From NCBI RefSeq assembly GCF_009914755.1, contig NC_060927.1: a DNA stretch of 64,000 nucleotides; one strand, written 5' to 3'. Source of the DNA: the human T2T-CHM13v2.0 reference genome, Homo sapiens. The notes under the pieces are model-generated. The model did no database searches and was not told where the DNA came from. It was given only the letters and a program-made list of their open reading frames with translations. Position numbers and translations under genes: made by a program. Of this stretch, positions 35,265 to 52,520 are shown piece by piece; position 1 is the first letter of the stretch; the number at the start of each line of letters is the position of its first letter.

Positions 35265-35273
35265 AAGATACAT

Positions 35274-37100
35274 ATGATGCCTTCAGGGAACTTACAATTC
35301 AGTAAATGAGACAGAAATATAGTCAAAATTCATAATACTGTGTGAAATATGCAACAAAAGGAAGGAAAGTTGGAGGACAAGGTCAGGCTAGGAGAGTTAA
35401 AGATAGCTTCCCAGAGGAGGTGATGTCTGAGTCGGGTTTCGAAAACAGAACAGGAGTTTGCTAGGCAGATAAAGGAGGAAGGGCATTCCTGGCAGACATA
35501 ATATTGTGAAGACAGAGGAATGAAAACTCACAATGTTTTCAGAGAAGTATAAACTATTCAGCACTACTGAAGCTTAAAGTGTGTTGGAAGTAGTGGAGAG
35601 TGGAGAAGATGAGAACTAAGATGTTCGTGCCATTCTAAAGAGGTTTAGGCCTCATCTTGTAGCACTGGGAGACTATCGTGGTATTTTTAGAAGAGGACTG
35701 ACAGGGTTTCACTTTAGAAAGGTCATTTTGGCAGCAATGTGAAGAATCAATCAGAGGCCAGCAGCCAAGCTAAGAGGCTACTGTAGACATCCAGGCTAGT
35801 GATGGTGAGGGCTAAAATTAAGACAGAGTTCAGAAATTCTTTGTTGTGAAATCCAATGGACAGTCTTTAGTCCTTCACTGGCCTGACCTCTCAGCAGTAG
35901 TTAACACTAACGAGCACATGCGCCCTCTTTAAAACTCTTTTTCTTTGAACATTGATAATATCATACTTTCCTGATTTTCCTCCTACTCTCCAGTCTCTCT
36001 CCTTCTCTATGCTCCTATCTTTCCTTGCCAACCCCTTAAATGTAGTATTTCTCAATTCTCTATCTTTGGCCCTCTGCCCTTCCCACACTATGAATTCCCC
36101 CTGTGTATCACATTTACTTTCTATATTTTAAATAGGGATGGCTCCCAGATCCATATCTCCATCCCACGTCACTGTCCTGATCATCAGACTCATACAGCTG
36201 AGAGCTCAGTAGACACCTGTGAGCCCTAGGAAGATAGGATCAACGTCCTGCTTGCACAAATAAGTGGGTGTGGGGATATGCATGTATGAGTGTGTGTGTG
36301 TTTGTGTGTGTGTGTAGGAAGAGCAAACTGTCTGGAAAGTGTTTATATCAGTAAGCTGAGGTTATTTTTATGGAAGAGGTGAACTTTCCCCTTTTTATAT
36401 TATGTGCATGTCCACGTATTCATTTGAATGTTCCATAATGAGCATGAACTGCTTTTATGATTTTTAGAAATCTAAAGAAATACAAAGGATTATTTAAAAT
36501 TGCATACTCATACCCTCAACTGCACTCCATGGCCATGGCAACGGCCTCTTCCCTCCTTAGATATGTCCTCCAAACTGCTACTAGAGTTACTATCATTCTC
36601 ACTCACTTCTTAAAAACCTTACAGGATCAAGTTCACTCCTTGGAGTGACTCCTGAAGCCCTTCACAACCTGGCCCCAGGCTTGATCCCCAGTTTTATTTC
36701 CTATTCCATTTCCCTGCTCCCTCTTGGTCACACTGAATGCACCATTCTGCATATACAATGTTTCCCTTTGCAAATGGATGCCTTCACCCTTGCCACTTCT
36801 GCCTTGAGTGCCTTTCCCTATTTCCCCTCCCCGCAAAAAAAATCTCATAATTCTTTGAGACCCATGTCAGTGTTATTTCCTGACTCTTTCAAGTAGTTAT
36901 GACTTCCATAAACATGAAAGGAGTTGGTGGACCTCCTTTTTAGCATTTCCACAGTGAATTGTAAGGCACTTCTCTTCCTATCTTCACAAGACTATGAATT
37001 CTCCAAGAGTAACAATCCTGCCACAGCTTGCCCTTGTCTTTCCAACACCTGGCTCATCACCTGTCTCATAGAAGATGTTCAATCAATGTTTATAAATGAA
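35274..37100. mobile_element. L2 fragments in both orientations, with a (TG)n at ~36290-36315
   Basis: GCTTCCCAGAGGAGGTGATGTCTGAG...; CAATGGACAGTCTTTAGTCCT...; CAAGTTCACTCCTTGGAG...; CAACACCTGGC...ATGTTCAATCAATGTTTATAAATGAA. Confidence 0.6.
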
Positions 37101-37319
37101 AAAGAGGTAGATGAGCAAATGCACTTGGGAAATTTGTGAGAAGTTCTTTTGGCTTTCTTCTACTTCTCTTCTCTTTACCTGATACTCCATTTCCACCAGC
37201 ACTGTCATTAGCCAATCTCCAAGACCCTACTTTCTACCCATACCCCACATATCAAGGTAGTCTCTCATCCCTGCTAATGCCTTTGCTGTAAAATTTGAAA
37301 GTGCTGTCCTTAGATGATT

Positions 37320-37455
37320 TGCCAGGCATATGACCTCTGACAATGGCTCAGCAAATAAGCTTCTGTTTCCTTATCCAATAAATGATGGTGATATGCAAGA
37401 CTAGAATTAGTTGTTGTGAGAATTAAATGGGATTGTATGTGTATAGCAACTACAA
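37320..37455 (+). mobile_element. MIR fragment
   Basis: TGACCT...CTGTTTCCTTATC...AAATG...GTTGTTGTGAGAATTAAATGGGAT. Confidence 0.55.
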
Positions 37456-38984
37456 CAGAATTTGGGTCCCCACGGGAAATTCAACAATACTTCTCTTCTC
37501 CTTCATTCCTCCCAGTATTGCTCTCCATTTTACAAGGGTCCTTGAAAACAAGAAAGACTTTACCATTTCTAAAGTGACTATTTGATGAAGCTAATGGCAG
37601 GTGATGGTGGAGCTAGTAGTGGCGAAAGAGAATCCTGGAGAGAGAATCCTGTGTGATCTCCTTAGATCATTTCACAAATAGCCACTTGCTTTGTCTCCTT
37701 AAACAACCCTTCCCCCAGTCATCCCTATGGTAGTTCCTCCAAAACACCCAGCCCTCCTCTCTCTCTCAGGCTCTTTCTGCCCGCATTCTCTGCCTAGATC
37801 ATTCTTACTCATTTTTCATGGCTGGGGACAAGGGTCACCTCCTCTGTAGAGCCTACTCTGATGCCCTGAAATTAGGTCACTCCTATGTGCTTCCACAGAA
37901 CCTAATGCCCCCCTCTCCACTTGCCTACAGACCATTAAGCTCAGGACTCCATCTCTGGGTCCTCTTCCCAACACTAGAGGAGAGTGTCCTCAGAAGTGGC
38001 AGGATCCTCCCTTTCCACAGTGCTTAAGAGATTCTGCTCCAGAAAATGGCCCAGCATTGATATCCAAAGCTGTGGAGTAAGTAAATAATAACTTAATTAC
38101 AACTGATATAGAGAATTTTAAATCTGAAAGTCATTAGTTGAGTTTGGAACAATAAAGAGGTTCTTATTGAATCGTTTCAGGGCACAGAGTTGCAAAAGAT
38201 GCCATTATCACTGGATGATGTGGTGGGAATTCCTGGCTCTTGTCTATATATTGGAATTTAATTTCTACCTTAAATAAATCTCACTCTCAATGGGGGTTTT
38301 GACAGTACCAGGGCCATTAATGAGAAAGAAAGCCCTGGAAACCTAATTATCAGCTCAAAAGACATCCAGGGACAGCCATGTAAGGGAAAGGTGTGAAATC
38401 TGACTGCTGTATCATTCTGGGCTTGTGCTGTGTCTAGGTGTTTGTAACAAATGCAATTATTTTTCTCTAACAGACTTTTCAAAGAATGGCATTTAAAGTG
38501 ACTATATAGTAAATTAAAGAAAAGAAAGTTACAAATTGTATACAGACATCATCAAAAAGAGAGCCACAGTGTGCTGACAAAGAAGACTGCTCCTTCAAGC
38601 AAGGTTGCTGCCCATTCTCTGATGGGCAGCCTTTAAATTTAAAGGTGCAGGTGGCCAAAAAATACTCTCACAAGAAAGAGTAACAGAACACTAGGACAAA
38701 ATGGCTCAGAGATTCTATTCCTTTTTATTTTTCACTCAAAATAAATGCTTTAACTGGCAAAAACAAGCTTTTCACCAGATGACGGTGACTTTACTGTGTA
38801 CGTATTAGAGGCTATGCTGTTTTATTGTTTCATCCTGTCCTTCCAGTGGCCTGAATTCAGTAGCCCTCTCTTTGCACATAATCTTTAACAGCATACTCTG
38901 TTGTCTGATTATCAAATTGTCTCAGAAACATTCAGAGAATTTTGGAAATATTCACTGCAAAAAAACATGTGACAATTCACCTTA

Positions 38985-39320
38985 CCGGAGGATAATTTGG
39001 TCATAAATATCAAAGGCCTTAAAAATGTGCCTACCTTCAACACAGGAATTTGCTCTCTAGGAATTTATCCTAAGAAAATTATTAAAGATGTGTGCAATTA
39101 TGTGTATATAAGGATGATCACTGGAGTGACAACTTCAAACTGTATAAGTATCTGACCGTGACAAATAGCAAAAAAAATTATGGTGCAGTCACATAATGAA
39201 ATGAAATAGCATCTAAAACTATATTATAGACATATTTATTGTCACAGGGAGATGTTCAGAGTATAGTAAATAGGAAAAAGTTTGCAAAACAATATGAATA
39301 GTATGATCTTATTTTTGTGA
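38985..39320 (+). mobile_element. L1ME-type 3' fragment
   Basis: ATCAAAGGCCTTAAAAATGTGCCTACCTT...CTCTAGGAATTTATCCTAAGAAAATTATT...AAGGATGATCACTG. Confidence 0.65.
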
Positions 39321-39780
39321 GGAAAATAATATAATAGAAATCTTCTTTATTTGACCTAATTGGGTCATGGGTTTTGTTAAAGAAAAAAGTTAAAGTGGTA
39401 AAACATAAAAAAAAAAAATACATAAGCATATAGATTACACATTTTCTTTAAACCTAAAACATGAATGTATACTCTTCTACCAGTCACTTGTTAAGGGCCA
39501 ACACTCACTTTTGGGGCTGTAGGGGGCTTTTTATACAGTTTTGCATTGTCTGTCTTTAGGTACTGCACTTCATGTACTATAAACATTTCCAGTTTCAATT
39601 TCTTTAACTGGGGAGAAAACATAGAGACCCTTATGAAGCAATCTAAGTTCAAAATCCTCCCATACTTTTATAATTTTATTCCAACTCTGGCAATTGTCTT
39701 ACCTACACCTAGTCTGATGGAAAATATTTAGCAAGTTGACTTTCAAAAATTTTTTCCATAGCATTAAAGCTAATTTTTAT

Positions 39781-40060
39781 CAGTGACTCACACCTGTAAT
39801 CCCAGAACTTTGGGAGGCCAAGGCAGTTGGACTGCTTAAGCTCAGGAGTTTGAGACCAGCCTGGGCAACGTGGTAAAACCCCATCTCTATAAAAAATATA
39901 AAAAATTAGCCAGGTGTGGTGGCATGCACCTGTAGTCCCAGCTACTCAGGGGGCTCCACTTGAGCCCGGAGGTGAAGGCTGCAGTGAGCTGTGTTCGTGC
40001 CACTGCACTCCAGCCTGGGCAACAAAGTGAGACCCTGTTTCCAAAAAAAAAAAAAAAAAA
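39781..40060 (+). mobile_element. AluJ (5' end clipped)
   Basis: CACACCTGTAATCCCAG...GAGCCCGGAGGTGAAGGCTGCAGTGAG...poly-A. Confidence 0.9.
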
Positions 40061-40319
40061 CTTTTAAAATAAACTTAATTTTCACAGAAATGACCCTTTT
40101 CCAAAGTCATATTTCATCAGTTTGCAGACTTACAATAACACAACCATTATAAACAGATATCGGTTAAAACAGTATAAATAGATTTGGGCAGGTAAATGTA
40201 CACTTGAGAGTAGCCTGCTGGCCACATCAGACAAAAAATGCTTGCTAAGCAATGGAAAGCATTGTTTAATCCAGCACGCATGCCGAATAGAGGTCAGGAA
40301 GAGGTAGAAATGCTCCTAC

Positions 40320-40412
40320 CCTTATACTATGCGTGACTTGCTCATGGGCTCCCTATACCATGCGTGACTGGCTCATGGGCTCCCTTTAGCATGCGTGGCT
40401 GGCTCATGGGCA
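40320..40412. repeat. 3 x 31-bp tandem repeat
   Basis: CCTTATACTATGCGTGACTTGCTCATGGGCT / CCCTATACCATGCGTGACTGGCTCATGGGCT / CCCTTTAGCATGCGTGGCTGGCTCATGGGCA. Confidence 0.9.
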
Positions 40413-41745
40413 ACCTTCTGGCCTCAGCCTGTGTCACCTCCCCACAAAGCCTTCCATGACCATCCTAACTACTCCTCTTATTCTTCATCACACCACATCA
40501 TCCTGGTTTTATCTTCTGAAAATCATCCTTTGTAATTCTCCTATTTACCGTCGAATCACTTGCTTATCATCTGTCTTCACCACTAGAAATTAAACCTGTC
40601 CATCGGGTTGCACACTAACACCAAGCACAGTGCTTAATGTAGTTGTCATTTGACACTTACTTAGCATACACATATATACCTATTGTATATATGTATGAAT
40701 ACTTGTAGTTTAAGTGATCTCGTGATTTCAGGGGAAACAAAATTATTCTGTCTCATCAGAGAGAGTAATGTAATCTCACAGTGATATTTGGATGACATTA
40801 TACATATATATTTGGGATGCAGCCTTAATCTGCATTCTTTTCCCCTAATCGGAATGTCTATATTCATTTATTTTCATTTAATATCCATCCTCATCATAAA
40901 CAAATATTAAATATCAAAAAGAATATAATTAATCGCTGAACAACTCATAGGCAATTATAACCTCCAGAACGAGGTGAAATAGGGCCTAAGAAATAGTCTC
41001 TTGAGGCTTCCTACGGATGTTGTTCCTATAAAACCAGCTGAGCCATCTGTTGAGAGGTGGCATCAAAGGTCAGTTGTTTTCAGCTCCTGGAGATTAGACA
41101 TCTTAAAAGAGAGATCCCTAACATGAAAAAAAAAAAGTATATAAAAAGTTGTAGTAAAGCAAAGAGCCAGGAAGAGTTTAACTCTGAGAATAACCACTCT
41201 GGTGGATTCTAAGAGATTGGTGGAGGAAGGTCTTTCAGTTCTGCAGCAACACTAGCTAGTTGAGGTTTGTGAAGCTCTCGAGCTAGGATGTCAGTGCTTT
41301 TGGTGACATTATTTAGTCACCAGTTTTAGTTACCCCTCATAAAAGGGCATACATGACCCAATCACTTCACTAGGCTTCCTTAGTGACCCAGTCAGCAGCT
41401 TGTCCATGGAGAAATGTAACACATGCGTGGTTGGCTGCTGTGGTGAGTTCTTCAAGCTGACAGGTTTCAACTGGCAGGGCTTCCTCAGAGAGTATGGGAA
41501 AGGGCCCTCTGCAAGACAACAGTTCCCAACAGGGATCTGGGCAGTCAGGTTTTAGTTCTCAGTGATGCTGAGTCAGACAGACAGGAAGGAGGAAAATTGG
41601 AAATGTCAGTTTTCAGAATTGTAGCCAGATATTGAAGTAAAATGAAAGAATTAAAAATTACTTCTGTGGCATGGTTACTTCTGTGGAGTAAGTTACTTCT
41701 GAGGCATGGAAAAAAGAAAACAAAGTCAATCTAAAAAATGTTCTA

Positions 41746-42022
<277 letters not shown>

Positions 42023-42052
42023 CTATAAGCATAATGTTTAACCTAATTTTCA

Positions 42053-43878
<1,826 letters not shown>

Positions 43879-44618
43879 GAGGATAAAACAAAATTGCTCT
43901 CCCACAGTGGTTTCCATCAAATAATTAAGTGCTCTCTTGATTAAGTCTAACTTCTTTCTGCTCATGAGTGAAACATCATTTATCAAAATGTATTCTTTGA
44001 GCATTTACTCTGGGTCAGACTACATGAAGGGGAATACCAAGATGATTAAGACAGAATATGAGAAGAAATCAGGTCTTCCATAATGCAGAGAACGTCTTAT
44101 CTTGTTAAAAAGGCAACTAACCAAAAATATCTTTCAGATTTTACTCCCTGTACAATCATGACCCCTTTATAGAATTTCAATGTCATAATCCTTTTTGTTC
44201 TCCAGAACAAATGCTGTGCCTCCCTTTGTTTTCAAATGTATATCCGACCTCTTTTCAAATGTATATTTGGCATTCTCTCAAATATATATTATCAGTACTC
44301 CTTTTATATATGCCCCTTTCAAATAGATTTTTGGAAGTCTGGCAACTTATGATAAGTTTGCCTTCTCTTCCCCTGTTCAGTGTCTTTTTGTCTGCTTTTT
44401 CCTACCTCAGTGCCATGAGGCTCCTTCTCCTCAGCTGACCACAAGGCCGAGCTTGAAGGGCTGATTGAGTGTAAAAGAAAACCTGTCATTTTGATGTGTT
44501 AAAAAACTGGGCCAAGGCAGTTCCTGGCCCCTGGTTTATGCATTCCCCCATTTCTTTCTGTAATTCGGGTCTTGTAAGCAACAACATCTTGTCTTAAAAT
44601 TCTGGATCTTTGGTCTTT

Positions 44619-44640
44619 ACACACACACACACACACACAC
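44619..44640. repeat. (AC)n microsatellite
   Basis: Direct reading. Confidence 0.9.
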
Positions 44641-45939
44641 CTGCCCCTTACAACAGATCACTCCATTGTAAATACAGCTGAGGTAAATTCTCTACATCAG
44701 ATCACATGTAAGATAATAGCAAATCCATGTCCAAAGAGCGCTTTAGGAATCTTAAATGTTAAGTTTCTTCTCAGAGTCCAAGAGTATGGTTCTCTGTCAA
44801 CAAGGTTTATTAAAGAAGTCACTGTGTTTTAACATGAAAGTTTTGGTACAAGAATCAATTGGACACAACCCTAGCCGTTCTCTAGTGCACTCTCGCGCTC
44901 TCTATCTCTCTCTCACACACACACACATACATTTTTACTATTTTATCATCCTAAACACCTGTCAATCCATTACACACATGTCAAACTGACCCATCCTGAC
45001 TTGTGCAAAGCTTTCTGTCTTCTCGCGCAGGGCTACTGGAACAGATGTCTGCAAGCGAAGTGTAGAGCACAGCGAACAGAACCTTGGATAGTGCATTTCT
45101 AATGAGAACTTCAAGTCTCCTCTTGCCTTTTCTTTCTAACACATCCTTCTGGAACTCTAGCTCACTCATAGGATCTACAGGAAACTACAAGCCAGAACTC
45201 TCCCTCACCATGCTTTGTGCAGGGAACCAGTCCTGTGGGTGGAAAAGAAACACTTCTTACTAAAAAAAACTTTCCCTTGTAAGCTCATGATAATAGCACC
45301 TGCCTATTAAACGACACTCCCTTTCTGAAACTTTTATCCCACCTATAGGCCATATTTTTGGGTGAGTGTTTTGCGTTTGAAGCAGCTGCCAGGATGTTAT
45401 GGGCTGGCGTGATTGCAATTTACAGGTATTTCATAAATCACGGCAAGATTGAAAACGCTTGTGACAGATGAGGCTTTAAATTGTCATCCTGTCTTTTTAT
45501 GGGCATTAAAAAGGTGGACCTGGTGACATATTCTACAGATGCATTCCCTTCTGCTCAGCCAAAAAATCCATACCTTGCACAGCACCAGAGAGAAAGAGAG
45601 AGACAGAGGTCTCAAGGGTAGTAAACTACAACTCTCCACATTGTGTTTTAGAAGAGGAGAAAATCCGAACATTAAAACTGTGATCCTCAGCATTTGTAAA
45701 TTCTTGAAAGGCAAGATCCTTGATTCATCTTCTGCCCCCAGCACAATCTGTGAATTTCATGAGCCCCAATGAATTCCCAAGTGCTATGAAATTTAAAGGA
45801 AGAAAACATTGGATCAATTCTCCTTGGGAGAACAAAGAAACTTAAATTTCCTTAATGAAGATCACAAAGTCAAGCAATGGCTCAACTGGGAAACTCATGA
45901 GAAAATGACCAGTGCCTGCTGTCTATACTCCCTGGGCCA

Positions 45940-46088
45940 TAGTTTCTCAGTTTTGGCTGAACATTAAAATCACCATAGATGCTATTTAAAATACCCCATT
46001 CCAGACCAATTTAATCAAGTGTAATGGGGGTGAGTGCAGCTGAGCCCCAAAAGTTCTCCAGGTGATTCTAGTATGCAGCCACTTTGAT
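45940..46088. mobile_element. MER5A-like DNA transposon
   Basis: GTTTCTCAGTTTTGGCTGAACATTAAAATCACC...CCAGACCAATTTAATCA...CTCCAGGTGATTCTAGTATGCAGCCA. Confidence 0.7.
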
Positions 46089-46224
46089 GCTCATTGGTCC
46101 AAAAGCACAAAAGTAGACAACATAAAGGAAAGAAACGGGTAGGAAGTCATATATCAGGGAGCAGGGCAGATTCTAGCAAGCTAGAAACCACATGCCTGGG
46201 TAGGGATTTAACAAGTACTATTGC

Positions 46225-46538
<314 letters not shown>

Positions 46539-46888
46539 CTATTGCTGCTTAGCTCTAGCTGGAAAAAAATGGGCCTACTGCCAGATTTTCTGATGTTAAG
46601 AAAATCCAGAAATTGGGGGGATTTTTTTAACATGAAATCTCCCAGTTTTTAAATATTGAAGGATAATTCAAGAACTTTAAAAATATTATGCAACCTAAAC
46701 AAAATATATCTTGGAACTACAAGTTTGCTACCTCTGTCCTAGATATGCTGACTTAGATATCAGGAATTCCATAAATAAAAATCCTTCACCACCACTATCA
46801 TAAATGGCTAGCATGATTCTCTCAAGGCCACAGGCAAGCTTATGGAGAAGTATTCTAATGAGACCCACAAGTAGCAGTTACTGAGATA

Positions 46889-47133
46889 CAGGAGTCTCCC
46901 TTCTCTAAAGTATTCCTTTGTGTGGTTTCAGTTACCTGAGGCCGACCAGTCCAAAAATATTAAATGGAACATCCAAGAAACAATTCATAAGCTTTAAATT
47001 GTGTGCTGTTCTGAGTCACATGATGAGATCTCATGCCATCCTACTCAGTCCCTTTGTCCAGCGTATTCACTGTAAACACTCCAGCTGTTAGTCACTTAGC
47101 AGCTGTCTCGGTTACCAGACCAGGAAAGCATCG

Positions 47134-47165
<32 letters not shown>

Positions 47166-47296
47166 AGACATATATATGGTTTAGTCCTCTCTACGGTTTC
47201 AGGCATCCACTGGGATGGATCCTGGAATCCACTAGGGAGTCTTGAAAGTGGGGGAGGCCTTGGACTCTATCCCCCTCAGATTAGGAGGGGCTACTG
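46889..47296. mobile_element. MER44A-like (Tigger7-derived) MITE with internal (TG)n
   Basis: TA|CAGGAGTCTCCC...GTGGTTTCAGTTACC...AAATATTAAATGGAAC...GGTTTCAGGCATCCACTGG...GGGGCTACTG|TA. Confidence 0.8.
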
Positions 47297-49001
47297 TATA
47301 TAAATGTCACCAACAAACGTGGACGCCATGATTGTTGGATTGGCCCTCCCATTTTTATATTTTAGATTGCATTTCCCCAAGTGAAGCTGCTCCAGGGAAG
47401 GGAGCTGGCTTCCACGTACACTTTGTTGCTGTACTTGTCATCGTCTGAGGGGACTCAGAAATTCAGTCACCATTAACCCCAGACCTTCATTTGGCCTTGT
47501 CTCTCAGAACCGCTGAAACAACTCTTTTATTTGCTTTTTCAGTGTTTGCTGACACAAGAGTCCAGGAAGTGCAGGAGGAAAGAGAAGGAGGACAGCAATC
47601 AGTCACAGCTCCTTCCAGCATTCACACAGTGACTACCACTAATTACGCCTCTCAGACCTGTGTTTGAGCAGACCTATTTTCTCTATGAATTAATGCCAAG
47701 TGACCTACTTTTCTACATATTATTCACTATTTGTTCTGCTGTTTTATCGATTTTGAGACTGTTGTGCTACACAGGAATAAAAAAAAATCCAATACAATAA
47801 AACTCCTCTCATTGAAAATAATATAGCCACACCATGAAATATAAATTTATTTTTTCTTTATGAAAAGATAGCATCTGTAGACTACATTTAGGCTGTGGGA
47901 ATTAGCTGAAGGCTGCTTCGTTGGATTAATAAAAACAAAAAGAAATATAAATATGTTAATGTTTAGACATGAAACCTAAGATAAAATAATAGACTACATT
48001 TCTAAGTTTTAAAACTTGTTTGCTTATAATATTCTAGAGATATTTATTTCATAAAAGAGCACAATGTTAGTTTTACAAGACTATATGTATTTTCTATTTA
48101 TATTCCTCTTGTCCCATTTTTCATATGCATTATATCATCTGATTTTATTATGTCTCATATTTTATTTATTCATTTATGAGGCTGTGGGATTTTATTTCTT
48201 GAAATCTTTGTGGAATGTTTACTAAAAAACAGATCATTAAAAATAAAACCACACAGCTCATATGCTTTTTGTTTTATATGCAATTATAAATGTATTTTCA
48301 AGGCAATTTTAATGCCCAATTTTCACAAAGCATCTTCTTCTCCCTGTGCAGCACATACTCTAAGGAAATCTTAAAAAGAGGCTGTTTGCATAGCTTTGGT
48401 AATTGAAGCCTCAGAGATCCCACCCACCTAGGAATGCAAAGGAGTGACTTGCATTCCGTTGAGAGAAATAATTGTATTTTTTTGGTGCAAGTGGGTTTCC
48501 CAGAGAATATATCCTTGCCAGGGGTTGTTGGGAGAGAGCAGTTTGGAGAGAGGCAGGAATCATTGGGATACAGGACATAGCCTGGAGGAGCCTTCATTAT
48601 CCAGTGTGGCTGCCATCTTGCTATCTCAAATGCTTTCCCACCGATCTGCAGGAGCATAGTGCACATTGACTGTCAATGCCATGTAGCTACATGAGGATAT
48701 ACCAATCACACTCACCTCTAAAGCAGTGAGTGTCACCACTGTCAATTTGCCCTGCCCTTTCCTTGCTTTCACTTCCTGTGAAATCAACAGCAAGGCTTCC
48801 CCAGGCATAGAAAACCACCAATACAACACTGCCTTCCTGATGAGGCCATCCAGAACATAGAGCTTGGGAGTCATGGTTTTGCAATGGTGTGCCCTACAAT
48901 CTCCCCTCTCCTCCTTGGATCTTCCTGTGCTGATAGAGGGACAGTAAGGAGAATTCCGGAACTCCATGAAAAAGGAAAATGTTTTGATCCATAAAACTTC
49001 C

Positions 49002-49296
49002 AGCCGGGCACGGTGGCTCACGCCCGTAATCCCAACACTTTGGGAAGCTGAGGCAGGTGAATCACGAAGTCAGGAGTTCGAGACCAGCCTGGCCAACATG
49101 GTGAAACCCCGTGTCTACTAAAAATACAAAAAAATTAGCCAGGCACAGTGGCAGGTTCCTGTAATCCCACCTACTTGGGAGGCTAAGGCAGGAGAATTGC
49201 TTGAACACAGGAAGCAGAGGTTGCAGTGAGGCGAGATCGCGGCTACTGCACTCCAGCCTGGTGACAGAGTGAGACTCTGTCTCAAAAAAAAAAAAA
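49002..49296 (+). mobile_element. AluS (Sg/Sc-like)
   Basis: Full dimer with GAATCACGAAGTCAGGAGTTCGAG; TSD AAA(A/G)CTTCCA. Confidence 0.95.
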
Positions 49297-50764
49297 GCTT
49301 CCATCCAAAACTAGGAAACTGGATGTGTGTTCGGGTCCTAAGAGCCTTCCCTTGCTTCCACTTTCTTTATCACTTTCATGTTTGATACATGAAAGTAATT
49401 CACAGTTGTCTGTCCTTAGACAACTCAAAGGTCACTCCCTTCAGGAAGCTCTCCCACATAGGCCTCCCATCACTCCCATAACTCCCGTTATGCCCCACAG
49501 CATTGTCCCTATTGCATGATCCTATGACCTTTAGTGTGGGGGCCTGGCTTCCATAGTAGACTGTGAATTCCTTGAGTCAGTGCCTGAGACTTAACACATC
49601 GGTAGCCCCAGTGCTTAGCCCAGAGTATGAGACACTTAAGAGATGCTCAGCAAATGGCCATATATTGTTCACACATACAGTCTATAACCTATGCAGCATC
49701 TCAACTCAGTTACAGTTGTATTCATTCATTCACCAAACATTTACTGATCACCTGCCTGTTGCAAGATGGGGCTAAATAGCAAATATACATTATTTAATGT
49801 GAAGTTCACAGTTCTCCTTCAAGAAGTGTATTTTTCTTATATTTTATAGGTATGTAAACAGACACTCAAGAAGTTTTTCTAACAAAGGTCAGAAAGCCAG
49901 TAAATGACACAGCTTTGATTTAATCTCAGGTATATTTAACTTGAAAATCTGTTTTTCCTTTTTAATCTCAGTGCTACTCAAAGAAAAAGACTTCTATGGT
50001 GTATTATCATTAGGAGAAAATAAATTAAAAAACAAATCTGTGAGCATGACCTTCCCACCATGCTCACTCACACAATATCTCTCTCTCCCCCACCCCTCTC
50101 TCCTGCATAATTAAAAATATCCATTGTTTGGAAGACCATTATCTCAAAAAACAAAGTCAACATCACCACCTGAACTAGAAATATTAAGTATCCCACAACT
50201 AGTACTCATATTGCTTCAAGTGATTTTATCAGAAATATAGTACCCATATTGCCTTATTATTCATTTACATTGAAAAAGAGAATTATGCTACTACAGACAA
50301 CTTCACAGGCCCTACTACGTGTTACAACCTGTCTTACTATCTGACAAGCCCCCAAAAGTGAGAATCACAGATCTAAAGGACGGGTTACTCGTTATGAGCT
50401 TATCAAGCTGAAACTCCAATATTTAAAAATGTAACTCTAGAAAATTCCCTTATAATGAAGAAACAAATATTTTTAAACCAAAACTACAGTGGAACCAGTT
50501 CCTATGCCGGAAGCATGATGCTGTTGCTTGATGGGTGTCCAATCCAAACTTGTCTCTGGTTTTATATAAACTGTCTTCCTGAGCCCCACAGCAAGCAACT
50601 ATCCACCTGGTTTATTAAAGTGAAGGAATTGCTTCCTGTTTGCAAGCTAAGTGCAAGAGGATGTAAAAATAAATTTGTAAGGCCAGTGAGAGTTGCTATA
50701 ACCCTAACGCATTTGTCACTTTTATGCTATCACCACCACCATCCACTGATGGGACCAGATTTAA

Positions 50765-52520
<1,756 letters not shown>

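Noticed and set aside
40320-40412. 31-bp repeats as a CRISPR-like array
   Set aside because: Head-to-tail units with no spacers, primate context and no cas genes.
47520-47640. Polypyrimidine tract plus CAG followed by purine-rich sequence as an exon
   Set aside because: No convincing donor site or reading frame; such acceptor-like motifs are common without transcript data.
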